This document shows, one piece after another, positions 1 through 9,274 of a stretch of DNA of 64,000 nucleotides. Every line of letters begins with the position of its first letter. Within the stretch, counting starts at the first letter, position 1. Source of the stretch: Candidatus Bathyarchaeia archaeon (lineage in GTDB: Archaea; Thermoproteota; Bathyarchaeia; Bathyarchaeales; Bathycorpusculaceae); NCBI GenBank assembly GCA_038727135.1, contig JAVYWL010000001.1, positions 160,001 through 224,000 on the forward strand. The letters are read 5' to 3'. The notes below the pieces were generated by a model. It saw only the letters and a list, made by a program, of their open reading frames with translations, did no database searches and had not been told where the DNA came from. The position numbers and the translations under genes are program-made.

Positions 1-119
1 GCTTTATGAATTAAAAATTCAAATAGAAACTAAACAGTTAGATGGTTTGGAAATGGCTTTAAGGCTTAAAGGGAAAAACCGTATAAAAAGGTTCAGAAAA
101 GTTGCGGCTAATTTGATAT

Positions 120-1205
120 CTAAGTTATATGTGGAGAAGGTTTTACGTCAGAGGCTTTAGCCCAGAAAAGGTAAACTTTTGTCTGCATTAGGAAGCTTAG
201 CCTTTTCAACACTTTTGCCAGCCCTTCACTGTTTAGCTTTTCTATTTTTTCTTTGAATTCCGTGTGGCTTGGGTAGGCTTTGCTTGCTGGTATGATTCTT
301 TTTCTTGGGATGACGCCTTTCTCTGAAAGTTCTGTTAGGATTTTTATGATCTCGCTTCTGCCGATTTCGTTTATCTTTTCTATGTTGCATTTCTGGTTTT
401 GGAGCATGTAGGGCTTAAAGCCTAGGGCTTCCAGCTTTTCTATGGCTTTTTGCAGATGGGGGTTGGGTTTGCTTTCTGCTATTTTTTGCATTCCAGCCCT
501 TTCAAAGAAGGGGTTGTATTTTGCCATAACTGCCAGTGTTTCCACGTAGGGTGTTCCAGCTAATGGTAGGGTTTCTTTGACGAGTTTTGTGCCTAAGCCT
601 ATTGCACGGTATTTTGGGTGTATTATTACTCGGGTTATTGTGCTGACTTGTTCTTGGAGTTGTTGGTGGTTTCCTTTCCAGACTTGGCTTCTGCCGAACA
701 TTGTTGGCGGCGGGTGGCTGTAGACGATTACTCCGCATGTTTCTTCTTCGCGTTTCATGGCGAAGATTTTTCTTGGCGGTGGCAGGTGGCTTGAGCGGTA
801 GTGGAATTGGCTTAAAGCCTTGTAGTCGGCTGTTGTGCCTTGTTCTATACGTATTTCTCGGGTTAGGCTGCACTCTTTTGCTGGTGTGTTTGGTTGGTGG
901 TGGACTGTTATTTCTTTGCCTAACCTCTTGTGGATGTGAACTGATGGGTTTAGGTCTTCGTGGAGGTCTGTGTGGGTTGTGGCGGCTATAACTGTTTTTG
1001 CCATGCGTCTTGCTGTTTTTTGGAGGTTGTATGCCACTATTTTTGCTGTGTCGCGGTCTAGAGTTGCTGCGAACTCGTCTAGTATCCAGAATTGGGCTTG
1101 GCTTTCTATTAGTTTGGCGATTTTGTATCGGTATTTTTGTCCTTCGCTGAGTTGCCGATAGGTGCGGAGGAATAGGAAGGCGTCATTTAGGCCTACTAGG
1201 CTGAG
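120..1205 (-). pseudogene. 5'-truncated ABC ATPase-GNAT acetyltransferase fusion
   Basis: Frame is open from 1205 (LSLVGLNDAFLFLRTYRQLSEGQKYRY = ABC signature; FWILDEF = Walker B; ATTH = H-loop), followed by GNAT motif RVIIHPKYRAIGLG. Walker A and N-terminus are missing; in-frame TAA at 1206-1208. Confidence 0.8.
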
Positions 1206-1974
1206 TTAGCCATGTGTTTTGGTCTTCTGCCCATTCTGCTTGCATTTCGCGTTGCCATCGCCACTGGTCGTTTTCCAGCTGGCGCCTAATCTTTTGGAGG
1301 ATTTCGCGTTTTAGTGGTCCGTTGGGTTCTGTGGCTTGTTGGTGGGTTACGTGGCTTTTTGCGTAGTCGCTGTAGGCTGGGTCGTGCCAGATCCGCCAGA
1401 AGATGCTGTCTGTGTGCCATGGCGTTGATGTGCATATGAATTTTCCGTTTGTTGCGCTTAGTGTAAAGAGTATGGCGTCGTAGAGTTCTTTGTCGTTTGG
1501 TATAAAATTGAATTCGTCTGCGTAGACGATATGCAATGTTGGTCCGCGTATTGTTTCCGGATTGTTCGGATAAGCCTCTATTATGCTTCCGTTTTTTAGG
1601 CGTACCGCCGTTTGCTGGGGTTTTTCGTATAATCCTTTTGGGAGCCTTTTGAGGAGCGTGTTTATTCGGCGGACGACGTGTTTTGTTTGGCGCCAGCTTG
1701 GTCCAACTATGCCTATCTGCGTGTTTGGGTTTGTTAGTGCGTAGTGGAGTAGGAGGGCGGATACTGTTTGGGTTTTTCCGCTTTGACGGCACCATCTGGC
1801 GGCTGTGAATTGGCTGGTTTGGAACTGGCGGATTAGGTCTGTTTGGTACTGGGTTGGTTGGAAGCCTAGGATTTGGGTGCAGAATTCTATTGGGTCTTTT
1901 GGTATGGGCGGCGTTAGGGCTTCAGCAAGCGCCTGTTCCAGTTGGCGGAGTTTTTGTTTTTGTCTTGGCTTCAT
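1183..1974 (-). pseudogene. terL: Terminase large subunit, ATPase domain only (nuclease domain missing)
   Basis: PTQYQ Q-motif, RQSGKT Walker A, IVYADEF Walker B, STP motif; ends at EWAEDQNTWLTQ where ABC sequence begins. Confidence 0.85.
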
Positions 1975-2320
1975 CTATGAGCCTCTCGAGTTTTGCTAGG
2001 TCTTCATCTATTTGGTGTTCGTCGAAGTGAGTGGCTACGCCGTTTATTATTTGGGCTATGTAGGCGGCTACGCGTGCCCATCTTTGCCTCTGGCTGATGG
2101 TTATTCTTTGGGGTTTGCCGTTTTCTGTTTGGTATTGGATTTCTCCTTTTGCCATTTCGGAAGCCATGTTGAAGAGTTCTTCGAGTTGTTTCATGGTTTT
2201 CAGTCTGATTTTCTGGGTATCTGTTTTCACCTCCTCTTTTAGTTCTGCCACTCGTCTCTTCAACATGGCTGTGCGGGAAGGCTTTGCGGTGTCAATTTTG
2301 CTAGGCTGGAAGGACTGCAA
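1922..2320 (-). CDS. Putative terminase small subunit
   Basis: All-helical ~130 aa ORF immediately upstream of and overlapping terL. Confidence 0.55.
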   Translation of the reverse strand: MQSFQPSKIDTAKPSRTAMLKRRVAELKEEVKTDTQKIRLKTMKQLEELFNMASEMAKGEIQYQTENGKPQRITISQRQRWARVAAYIAQIINGVATHFDEHQIDEDLAKLERLIDEAKTKTKTPPTGTGAC

Positions 2321-2335
2321 AATTGGATACCCCCT

Positions 2336-2566
2336 CTAGGTTTTTTGTGCTATGAGGATGCCGCTTACTGTTCCAGTTAAGCCTGTTATGGCGGCGAAGA
2401 TTTCGCTATTCCATCTTCCAAGAAAAGCCAGGTGGGCGACTTCTAGGGCGGATAGGCATATTGTCATGGCTATGGCGAATTTTATGCCTATGAGAAGCCT
2501 TTGGTCTGGTGGGATTTCGCCCTTGCGGGTTCTTCTTGTTAAAGCCTTTTTAATCCAGTCAGGCAT
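2336..2566 (-). CDS. Small two-TM membrane protein
   Basis: Basic N-terminus and two hydrophobic segments; in terminase operon. Confidence 0.65.
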   Translation of the reverse strand: MPDWIKKALTRRTRKGEIPPDQRLLIGIKFAIAMTICLSALEVAHLAFLGRWNSEIFAAITGLTGTVSGILIAQKT

Positions 2567-2951
2567 GGTTTTCAACCCTCTGTTGGTGGTGTTTTTTGCC
2601 CTTTATTGAGGCGCGTTTGCCGCCCACCAAGAAGCTGTTTAGGAGCTGTTTGGCTTCTTCAGGCGGAACATGGGCTTTGGCGATTACATTGGTGTTGCTT
2701 GTCCAAGCCAGTGGCACAGCCGTATAGTCAATGTCGTAGAAGCCATCAGCATAGCGAAAACAGTTCTGAGCCAAAATAATATGCCGGTTCTTAGAACCCA
2801 AAACGCCTAGAAATATGCCCCAACTGACGACCGGAACGTCTATGCCGTTTAAACCGCCGCTTAGGCTTTTGCCTATGCTGGCGTCAAACCACTCAACACG
2901 AACCAAATCACCAAGACTTAAACCTTTAACCCGCCTAACAACCTCCCTCAT
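2559..2951 (-). CDS. Hypothetical beta-barrel (SH3/Sm-like) protein
   Basis: GDLVRVEWFDAS...SWGIFLG pattern; first gene of terminase operon. Confidence 0.65.
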   Translation of the reverse strand: MREVVRRVKGLSLGDLVRVEWFDASIGKSLSGGLNGIDVPVVSWGIFLGVLGSKNRHIILAQNCFRYADGFYDIDYTAVPLAWTSNTNVIAKAHVPPEEAKQLLNSFLVGGKRASIKGKKHHQQRVENHA

Positions 2952-2986
2952 ACACCATCATCAAACAGAACACAAGCAAGGATTGA

Positions 2987-2994
2987 ATATAAAG
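2987..2994 (-). promoter_or_regulatory. TATA box candidate for the terminase operon
   Basis: CTTTATAT on minus strand ~36 nt upstream of ATG 2951. Confidence 0.4.
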
Positions 2995-3029
2995 AGAGGC
3001 AAAATTCAGAAATTTACAAATTCATAAAC

Positions 3030-3527
3030 TTAAGGGATACGAACGCCTTTGGGAATTATAGTTGAGAAATCTATTTCTTTTTTCCGTTCATCCCATTGAG
3101 CAATAAAGATATGCCTATCGCGCGAATAGTAAAGTATATCATTCCTTCTGGCAACATTAAAAAGAAGATTTATTGAATTTGAGACTCCTTTTGGTGAAAG
3201 TATTATAGAATACAATGGTAAGGCAACCTTGCTGTATCCTAACAATTGGGAAAAATCCCGTAGGTTTATTCTACCGAGTTTACATTCAATAAGTCCCAAA
3301 TGCGCTTCTTTGTCTGATTTTACAACAACCCCGGTTACATCAACTTCAACCTCATACGTTTGGTGGTCAGGAAAGTATACATGAAAACCTTTCTCAAGAA
3401 GCCATTTTGAGAGAACCTTTTTAGAAGTATCCTCGACACATATTCTAGCATTTTTAAACTTACTTTGCAACGTTTTCTTGAACCACAAACAGACATCAGG
3501 ATACATTTCTTTCTCTTTCTTATACAA
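3030..3527 (-). CDS. PD-(D/E)XK nuclease (Mrr/McrC-like catalytic domain)
   Basis: E...VDV...IECK...QLLGY motif set. Confidence 0.7.
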   Translation of the reverse strand: MYKKEKEMYPDVCLWFKKTLQSKFKNARICVEDTSKKVLSKWLLEKGFHVYFPDHQTYEVEVDVTGVVVKSDKEAHLGLIECKLGRINLRDFSQLLGYSKVALPLYSIILSPKGVSNSINLLFNVARRNDILYYSRDRHIFIAQWDERKKEIDFSTIIPKGVRIP

Positions 3528-3534
3528 TTCCTTT

Positions 3535-4515
3535 TCACTTCTTCTTTTTAGATTCCATCCATTTGGTCAGTCGTTTATGCCTTTTAACGAAATTTGCGTA
3601 TCTTACGCAACCCAAATCCGCGCAAATCTGCCAATAAGAGTCGTAATGCTTTCCACGAATTTCTAAAGGTAGTTTCTCAGAATTTTCAGCAGGATGCTTC
3701 GGTTTAGTTTTTCTTCTTTTTGGCGGATTGCAAAAGTTTGCCTTTGCAAACCCCTTCGTCTTATTATATTCTGCAAGTTCTTCAAGTATTTCTTGTTTAT
3801 GGGACATATAGAAACCTATTTTCTCAAAATCATCTGCAAAAATTTTTATTTGGTGCTCTCTCGCCCAAGCATCCTTCCGTCCAGCCTTATATTCCCTTAA
3901 ACTTGGGTCTCTAGTATTAGGGTGACCCCACTGAATAACATCTACAGGAATTCCCAAATGATCTTGCAAAAGATGACAAATTTGAACCGGCAAACGCCAA
4001 TTGGATGGACTGTTAAGGACATCCAGATAAACCCTACATTTTCCCCACCTATTTCTGTTCGCCCACCTGGCAGATCCAGCAACATCGGCAAATCCGCGGA
4101 TAAATTCCTTTTTAATGGAATCGCTTGACTCAAAAATTTGGTCGGGAATTTCGAACTCATAGTAAGAGCTTCTACCTTTCATAAGCATTCTGATATTCCG
4201 CAAAAACATGGTATTTTTTAATGTTTCGAGTACAAGATAGACCGAATGTTCGCTCTCAGTTTTTCTAACGTTAACATCTGCAAGTTCATTAACCCTATTT
4301 ATGGCTCTGTCCAAGCTTAACAATATTTTATCTTTTTGTGTTATCTTCTTCTCTACACCTTCAACCTCTAAATTCCTAAAGGGAAATTCTATGGAAATTC
4401 GCTTTACTCTTCCTTGATCAGATATTTCGCCCCTAGCGGTTATTAATCCAATAAAATAAGCCACATCTTCATCGATATAGTCAAGCGAGGTCTTCTTCGA
4501 CTTCAATTTCTTCAA
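3535..4515 (-). CDS. LAGLIDADG-fold-like DNA-binding protein, restriction-associated
   Basis: Two degenerate LAGLIDADG helices (AYFIGLITARG; EFIRGFADVAG); lies between MTase and nuclease. Confidence 0.6.
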   Translation of the reverse strand: MKKLKSKKTSLDYIDEDVAYFIGLITARGEISDQGRVKRISIEFPFRNLEVEGVEKKITQKDKILLSLDRAINRVNELADVNVRKTESEHSVYLVLETLKNTMFLRNIRMLMKGRSSYYEFEIPDQIFESSDSIKKEFIRGFADVAGSARWANRNRWGKCRVYLDVLNSPSNWRLPVQICHLLQDHLGIPVDVIQWGHPNTRDPSLREYKAGRKDAWAREHQIKIFADDFEKIGFYMSHKQEILEELAEYNKTKGFAKANFCNPPKRRKTKPKHPAENSEKLPLEIRGKHYDSYWQICADLGCVRYANFVKRHKRLTKWMESKKKK

Positions 4516-5335
4516 CCCTATTCTTCCTGAATATTAAGATGTATTCATGAACTTTATTCACAATGAAAACATACGGATAGCCCAATGGTCGCAAGTTACT
4601 GTACTCTTTACGTCTATCCCAAATTATTATATCTTCAAGAAGAAAACCTATCTCCGCCATCATATTTGCTACGCGCATATGAAACGGAATGAACTGAGAA
4701 CCTTGACGAATATCCATAACAATAACGATACATCGTTTACCGTTTTTTAAAACAACATAAACTTTTTCAAAAATAGACTTCAATTCATCCATAAACTTAT
4801 TGAAATCTGAGATGTTCCCGAGATCCCTTTCTAAAGACGAATATGGTCTTGGTTCCTTATAGTCTGCCGTCCTCTTTCTTGTATGAATGTTCCAGTAGGG
4901 GGGAGAAGTTATCACTAAATCCACAGAGTTAGGTTTTACATACATCAATAGGTTTTTGGCGTCCTCACAATAAATATCAGGATCTTCAACACCAAGGTGT
5001 ATAAGCTTCTGTTGAGATATCCTCTTTTTTGCAAGCTCTACAAAATCTGGGTTGATATCAAAACCAATTCCCTTCCGTTCCAAGTCTCTAGCAGCAACTA
5101 TTGCACTACCACTACCCATAAAGGGGTCTAAAACCACATCACCTTTTTTAGTATATATCTCAATCAGTCTTCGACATAATTCCACAGGAAACATAGCTGG
5201 ATGTTTGAGTTTAACTTCTTCCCTTGACTTTACAATATCCCATATGCTAATAGAATATCTCTCCCAAGTTTTCCCATCTAACTCGTTCAACTTCTCCTTT
5301 TTCTTAATGGTTGCCTGAACTTCCTGGTCATTCAT
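4481..5335 (-). CDS. DNA amino-methyltransferase (likely N4-cytosine), circularly permuted
   Basis: HPAMFP, LDPFMGSGS (motif I) precede ITSPPYW (motif IV); C-terminal HEYILIFRK. Confidence 0.9.
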   Translation of the reverse strand: MNDQEVQATIKKKEKLNELDGKTWERYSISIWDIVKSREEVKLKHPAMFPVELCRRLIEIYTKKGDVVLDPFMGSGSAIVAARDLERKGIGFDINPDFVELAKKRISQQKLIHLGVEDPDIYCEDAKNLLMYVKPNSVDLVITSPPYWNIHTRKRTADYKEPRPYSSLERDLGNISDFNKFMDELKSIFEKVYVVLKNGKRCIVIVMDIRQGSQFIPFHMRVANMMAEIGFLLEDIIIWDRRKEYSNLRPLGYPYVFIVNKVHEYILIFRKNRVEEIEVEEDLA

Positions 5336-5436
5336 AAGCCTCACTACTCTAAATTGTATTTGTGTAGGTTATTTATAAGTTGAGATATTATGAAAGTGCA
5401 AGGTAAGAGCGCGGTGGTTTAGGGTAAAGTGAAAGC

Positions 5437-5655
5437 ATGTACGACAAAGACGTTGACATACTTTACCTGCTATTTAAAGAGGACCAAAGCCACGAAGTGA
5501 TGGAGGCTGATCCAGACATCTACCGAGAACTCGGAAAAGGCGAAATCAGTCATATCCACAGCCATCAAAAACTTCACTTCCGAAGGAAGCCCTTCCAGAC
5601 TTTTCAAGAAGCCCCAACTCCTCAACCCTTAATAAAGCATGAAACAATAAAATAG
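5437..5655 (+). pseudogene. DUF2283-like remnant
   Basis: YDKDVDILYL motif, then degenerates. Confidence 0.45.
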
Positions 5656-5679
5656 CTTTCACAAACATAGACCGGCTGG

Positions 5680-6594
5680 ATGAAAATGAAACCCAGAAAG
5701 TTTGAAGGCATATTTGTCCCATGCATTACGCCTTTCACGGAAAAAGGCGAAATAGACTTTGAAGCACTACGCACATGCACACGGTTCTGGATTGAAAATG
5801 GCATAGATGGGCTTATGCCTTGTGGCAGTAATGGCGAAGCCCCCTACCTGGCGAGGGAGGAACGCCAAAAAATAGTCGCCACAGTCCTAGAAGAGGCTAA
5901 AAACAGCGTGAGGGTTGTTGCTGGCACTGGTGCGCCCAGCACATGGGAAACCATACGCCTAACAAGAGACGCCAAGGACTTGGGCGTTGACGCCGCAGTA
6001 GTGGTTACACCCTACTATTTTAGGCTTTCAAACCGAGAACTAATAGCCCACTACAAAGCTGTTTTAGAGGCCGTAGACCTGCCAATAATCCTATACAGCG
6101 TTCCAAAGTTTACAGGCTACGCCCTAGAACCAGCCGTAATAGCAGAACTCGCCAAAGAATATTCGAACGTGGTGGGCGTGAAGGACAGCGGCGGAAACAT
6201 AGCCACAATAACGGAGACAATACGCCTAGTAGGCGAAAAAATGGCTGTTTTGGCTGGAACAGCTGACGTTGTGCTGCCAACACTAATGTTGGGAGGAAAA
6301 GGCGCCGTAATAGCCGTAGCCAACACCTACCCTAAGCTTTGTGCAAACCTATACAAAGCCTACAAGCAAGGCAATATCGGAAAAGCGGCAAAACTTCAAA
6401 GGACAATAACCCACATAAACGAAGTTCTAGTCAGACGCTTCAACCAGCTCTCAGCCATAAAAGAAGCAATGCGGATGTTAGGATTGCCTGGAGGCTACCC
6501 GCGCATGCCAACCCTACCCCTAAGCGATGTGGAAAAAGCCGAAATAAAAAGCCTACTGGAAGCTGTCAAGGTGGAGGCGGAAACTGAAGCCTAA
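5680..6594 (+). CDS. dapA: Dihydrodipicolinate synthase / class I aldolase family
   Basis: GSNGE, TPYY, YSVP..TG and Schiff-base KDS motifs. Confidence 0.85.
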   Translation: MKMKPRKFEGIFVPCITPFTEKGEIDFEALRTCTRFWIENGIDGLMPCGSNGEAPYLAREERQKIVATVLEEAKNSVRVVAGTGAPSTWETIRLTRDAKDLGVDAAVVVTPYYFRLSNRELIAHYKAVLEAVDLPIILYSVPKFTGYALEPAVIAELAKEYSNVVGVKDSGGNIATITETIRLVGEKMAVLAGTADVVLPTLMLGGKGAVIAVANTYPKLCANLYKAYKQGNIGKAAKLQRTITHINEVLVRRFNQLSAIKEAMRMLGLPGGYPRMPTLPLSDVEKAEIKSLLEAVKVEAETEA

Positions 6595-6769
6595 GCCTCT
6601 TTATTAGGGCTTTCACCCGCTCCCCATCCCTCAAGTAATCCTCGATTATGGCGTTTACAAGCTGATAAATCCTCAAATCATTCAACAATGCCAACTTCCG
6701 AACCTCCCGATGCAAGTCTTCACGAACTTCCACGACTGTCCTCCTAAAATCCCTAGACAACCCGCGCAC
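6566..6769 (-). CDS. Small ribbon-helix-helix-like protein
   Basis: TVVEVREDLHREVRKLA...LVNAIIEDYL pattern; last gene of tail operon. Confidence 0.55.
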   Translation of the reverse strand: MRGLSRDFRRTVVEVREDLHREVRKLALLNDLRIYQLVNAIIEDYLRDGERVKALIKRLRLQFPPPP

Positions 6770-8369
6770 CCACCTTATAACGGCTCAAATGGTCTGTCCT
6801 GCTGCGAAGCACATACAGGTAATCCGCCAGCATTGGCGTTTCCCTTCCAAGCTCCAGTGTAACCTCAAGCGTCTGCGTTTTGGCGTCAACATAGTATTCC
6901 ACGCTTTCAACACGGAAATAGCCGCCAACACCCTCGTTTGGTAGTTCCATATAAACTCTGTCCGCGGCAAGAATTGGCGTAACGCCATAGTCTAACACTG
7001 TGGTTTTTATGGTTAACGATTCTGTTGGGTTCTTGTAATAGTTGAGGAGGGCTTTAGCCCTTAAAAGGCATTCATTGTCGCTTTTCAACTCTTCATCAGT
7101 TTCTGTTAGCTCCCTTAAGCCGTAGGATGATTGGCTGCCGGCGTCTTCTTGCATGGCGTAGTAGCGGCTGTCCGACAGGTACAGGTGGTCAAGATAAAGC
7201 CAAATGTCCTCACATATCTGGCTGAAATAAATGATGAAGTCTATGCCCGTGAAGGGGTTACGCCAGTCAGCGTTGCCAACCTTGTTCCATGAAGGCTGGT
7301 CTGTCCGTAAAACAAGTTTGCCCCAAGTGTTTGCCGGCGGAAGCATAGGCTTAATGTCCATGTCAAAGTGGTCGTTGCTGCTTTGCCAGAGGCGACAGTA
7401 AGCGTTTGCTAATCCGTAGGCTGGATAATTCCCCCACATAATCCAAGTGTTAATCTGTTTGAAGCCTTCTGGACCACTAAACTTCAGATTGTTTAAGCTG
7501 CGGTACAAGTAGAGTTGAGTGCCTCCGCCATAAGCGTAAACACAGTAAGCGTCCGAATACTTCTTCTGCCCATCCTGCGTCACATGGTCTGAGTAGGTGC
7601 TTATTCCCCCGTTAGACTGCCAGCCAACCGTGGACTCTGTCCAACCATCCTCATTAGCGTCTGAAGGCAATTTTCTTTCGGCTGCTCCGTAAACGTGGAT
7701 TCTGTTTCTTATGCGGCTAATGTCCTTGCGGTATTCATACTCTTCAATAATTTCGGAAAGGCTTACAGGCGAAGTTTTGCTGTTCCGCTTGAAAAACTCG
7801 AATTTTCCGTCTGGAGCCACTCGGAAATCGTAGCCTATAACGCCATTATAGTCGGCTGAATCGGCAATATAACGGATTATGTCAAAAACAGGCGTGTTTT
7901 CATAATTCAGCTTAACATAAGTTGTGGTTGTAGTCTCTACAAGCTCTGTGCTGTCCCGCGTGTGGCTCAAACCAACAAGGTTATCCAGCAAATATTTGAC
8001 TATATCCTCGCCTTTCATGTTTTCAAAAATGCCCGTAAAAACTCGACGGAAGAGGCGCTCTCCAACACATCTTCCGCCCACACGGATATAATGCTCGGCT
8101 GGCGTGTTTTCGTATTTTAGGCTTTCAATTCGGCAGGTGATTATCTTGGGAACATTTGTGCCTCTCCCGATGGAAATTGAGCCATCCATGCCAACAGTCA
8201 ACGGAATAGAGCCGCCGGGGCTATATTTTCCATTCCAGTTTTGCAGTGTAAGCTCGAAGCTGCTTACTTCTTTTGTGCAGCCGAGATGCACTCGACACTC
8301 GATAATGTCGTTTTCATCTATGGAATAACTGCCGAAAGCAACACTTATTCGTGGAATGTCAACGCTCAT
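6753..8369 (-). CDS. Tail tip / baseplate hub protein with central beta-rich insert
   Basis: Follows tape measure; hub-like N- and C-terminal parts (YDFRVAPDGKFEF; YFRVESVEY...VTLELG). Confidence 0.7.
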   Translation of the reverse strand: MSVDIPRISVAFGSYSIDENDIIECRVHLGCTKEVSSFELTLQNWNGKYSPGGSIPLTVGMDGSISIGRGTNVPKIITCRIESLKYENTPAEHYIRVGGRCVGERLFRRVFTGIFENMKGEDIVKYLLDNLVGLSHTRDSTELVETTTTTYVKLNYENTPVFDIIRYIADSADYNGVIGYDFRVAPDGKFEFFKRNSKTSPVSLSEIIEEYEYRKDISRIRNRIHVYGAAERKLPSDANEDGWTESTVGWQSNGGISTYSDHVTQDGQKKYSDAYCVYAYGGGTQLYLYRSLNNLKFSGPEGFKQINTWIMWGNYPAYGLANAYCRLWQSSNDHFDMDIKPMLPPANTWGKLVLRTDQPSWNKVGNADWRNPFTGIDFIIYFSQICEDIWLYLDHLYLSDSRYYAMQEDAGSQSSYGLRELTETDEELKSDNECLLRAKALLNYYKNPTESLTIKTTVLDYGVTPILAADRVYMELPNEGVGGYFRVESVEYYVDAKTQTLEVTLELGRETPMLADYLYVLRSRTDHLSRYKVGARVV

Positions 8370-8370
8370 G

Positions 8371-8913
8371 CTATTCTACGCCTCGCCTATAAAGTTCCAT
8401 TTCACCAGCCCTACGAATGCTTCTGCCAGCAAAGCTGAGTTCACTAGCCGCCTCGTTGTATTCGCGGACGCTTTCTGTGGCGTTTCGCATTTGGCTGGCA
8501 AAATAGGATATGGCAGCAGCAGCCCCTATAATGGCGGCTATTCCAACGCCCGTTAAAGCTAGGAAGGTGGCGAAGCTTATGTTTAGGGCTTGCTGGGCAG
8601 CGTTGGCAACCCAACAAGCTGCGGCATAAACTTTCTGGGCTACAGCTACACCCCAACTGGTGCGCATAAACATGCCCATGGTGGTGACAAGGTATGTGAG
8701 GCTGGCTAAGGCTCTTGTTTGCTCGCTGTTTAATAAACCGAAGGAATGAGCAATGTGGACAACCGCTGAGCCGGCGGCTCCTAAACCAGCCATTGTGGCG
8801 CCGAGGCTTTTAATCCGCACGCTCAAGGTTTCGGCGTCTGATTGGATTCTGGCAAACTCGTGGCTTGCGCGGTTTATGGCGCGGATGGTTATGGCTATTT
8901 CACGGAAACTCAT
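8371..8913 (-). CDS. Very short tape measure protein (180 aa)
   Basis: IAITIRAINRAS N-terminus, Ala/Gly-rich helices, AAQQALN motif; position after chaperone and gp10. Confidence 0.7.
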   Translation of the reverse strand: MSFREIAITIRAINRASHEFARIQSDAETLSVRIKSLGATMAGLGAAGSAVVHIAHSFGLLNSEQTRALASLTYLVTTMGMFMRTSWGVAVAQKVYAAACWVANAAQQALNISFATFLALTGVGIAAIIGAAAAISYFASQMRNATESVREYNEAASELSFAGRSIRRAGEMELYRRGVE

Positions 8914-9274
8914 AATCCAGCCTCCGAGGCGGCGTGCTCCAAAGCCTCAACTATAACTGCTTCAAGTCTTGGAAGATGTTCTTGAATGGCTGGGTAAAGA
9001 TATGGGCGGGCTTTCATGTGGCGGGTGCCAAACTCCACAAACATGGCGTAAGAAGCCTCTGCGCCTATTTCAGCCACCCAATCTTTAACAGTCGCGTAAA
9101 TGGTGCTTCTCAAGTAGCCCGTTCGAACCGGAGCGAGGCTTCTGGCGTATTCACGGACACCACAGCCCAATGCTCAAGTAGCTCTTGGACCTGTCGCAGC
9201 ATAGCCCCTTCTAGGTGTTGAAGGGCTTGCAAAACCTCTTCGCCGTATATTTCGATGTTTACTTCAACCGCCAA
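8910..9274 (-). pseudogene. HK97 gp10-like tail completion protein, frameshifted
   Basis: N-part MAVEVNIE...EHWAV (TTG 9274) and C-part VREYARSLAPVRTGYLRS...YAMFVEFGT...ARPYL lie in different frames, break near 9160. Confidence 0.75.

Noticed and set aside
2-160. Open plus-strand frame (LYELKIQ...RQRL*) at the window edge
   Set aside because: May be the 3' end of a gene but too short to identify
1183-1208. Programmed frameshift joining TerL to ABC-GNAT
   Set aside because: No slippery sequence and both proteins lack essential domains; a deletion explains it better
3535-4515. Active homing endonuclease, intein or intron
   Set aside because: No splice motifs or interrupted host gene; catalytic acidic residues degenerate
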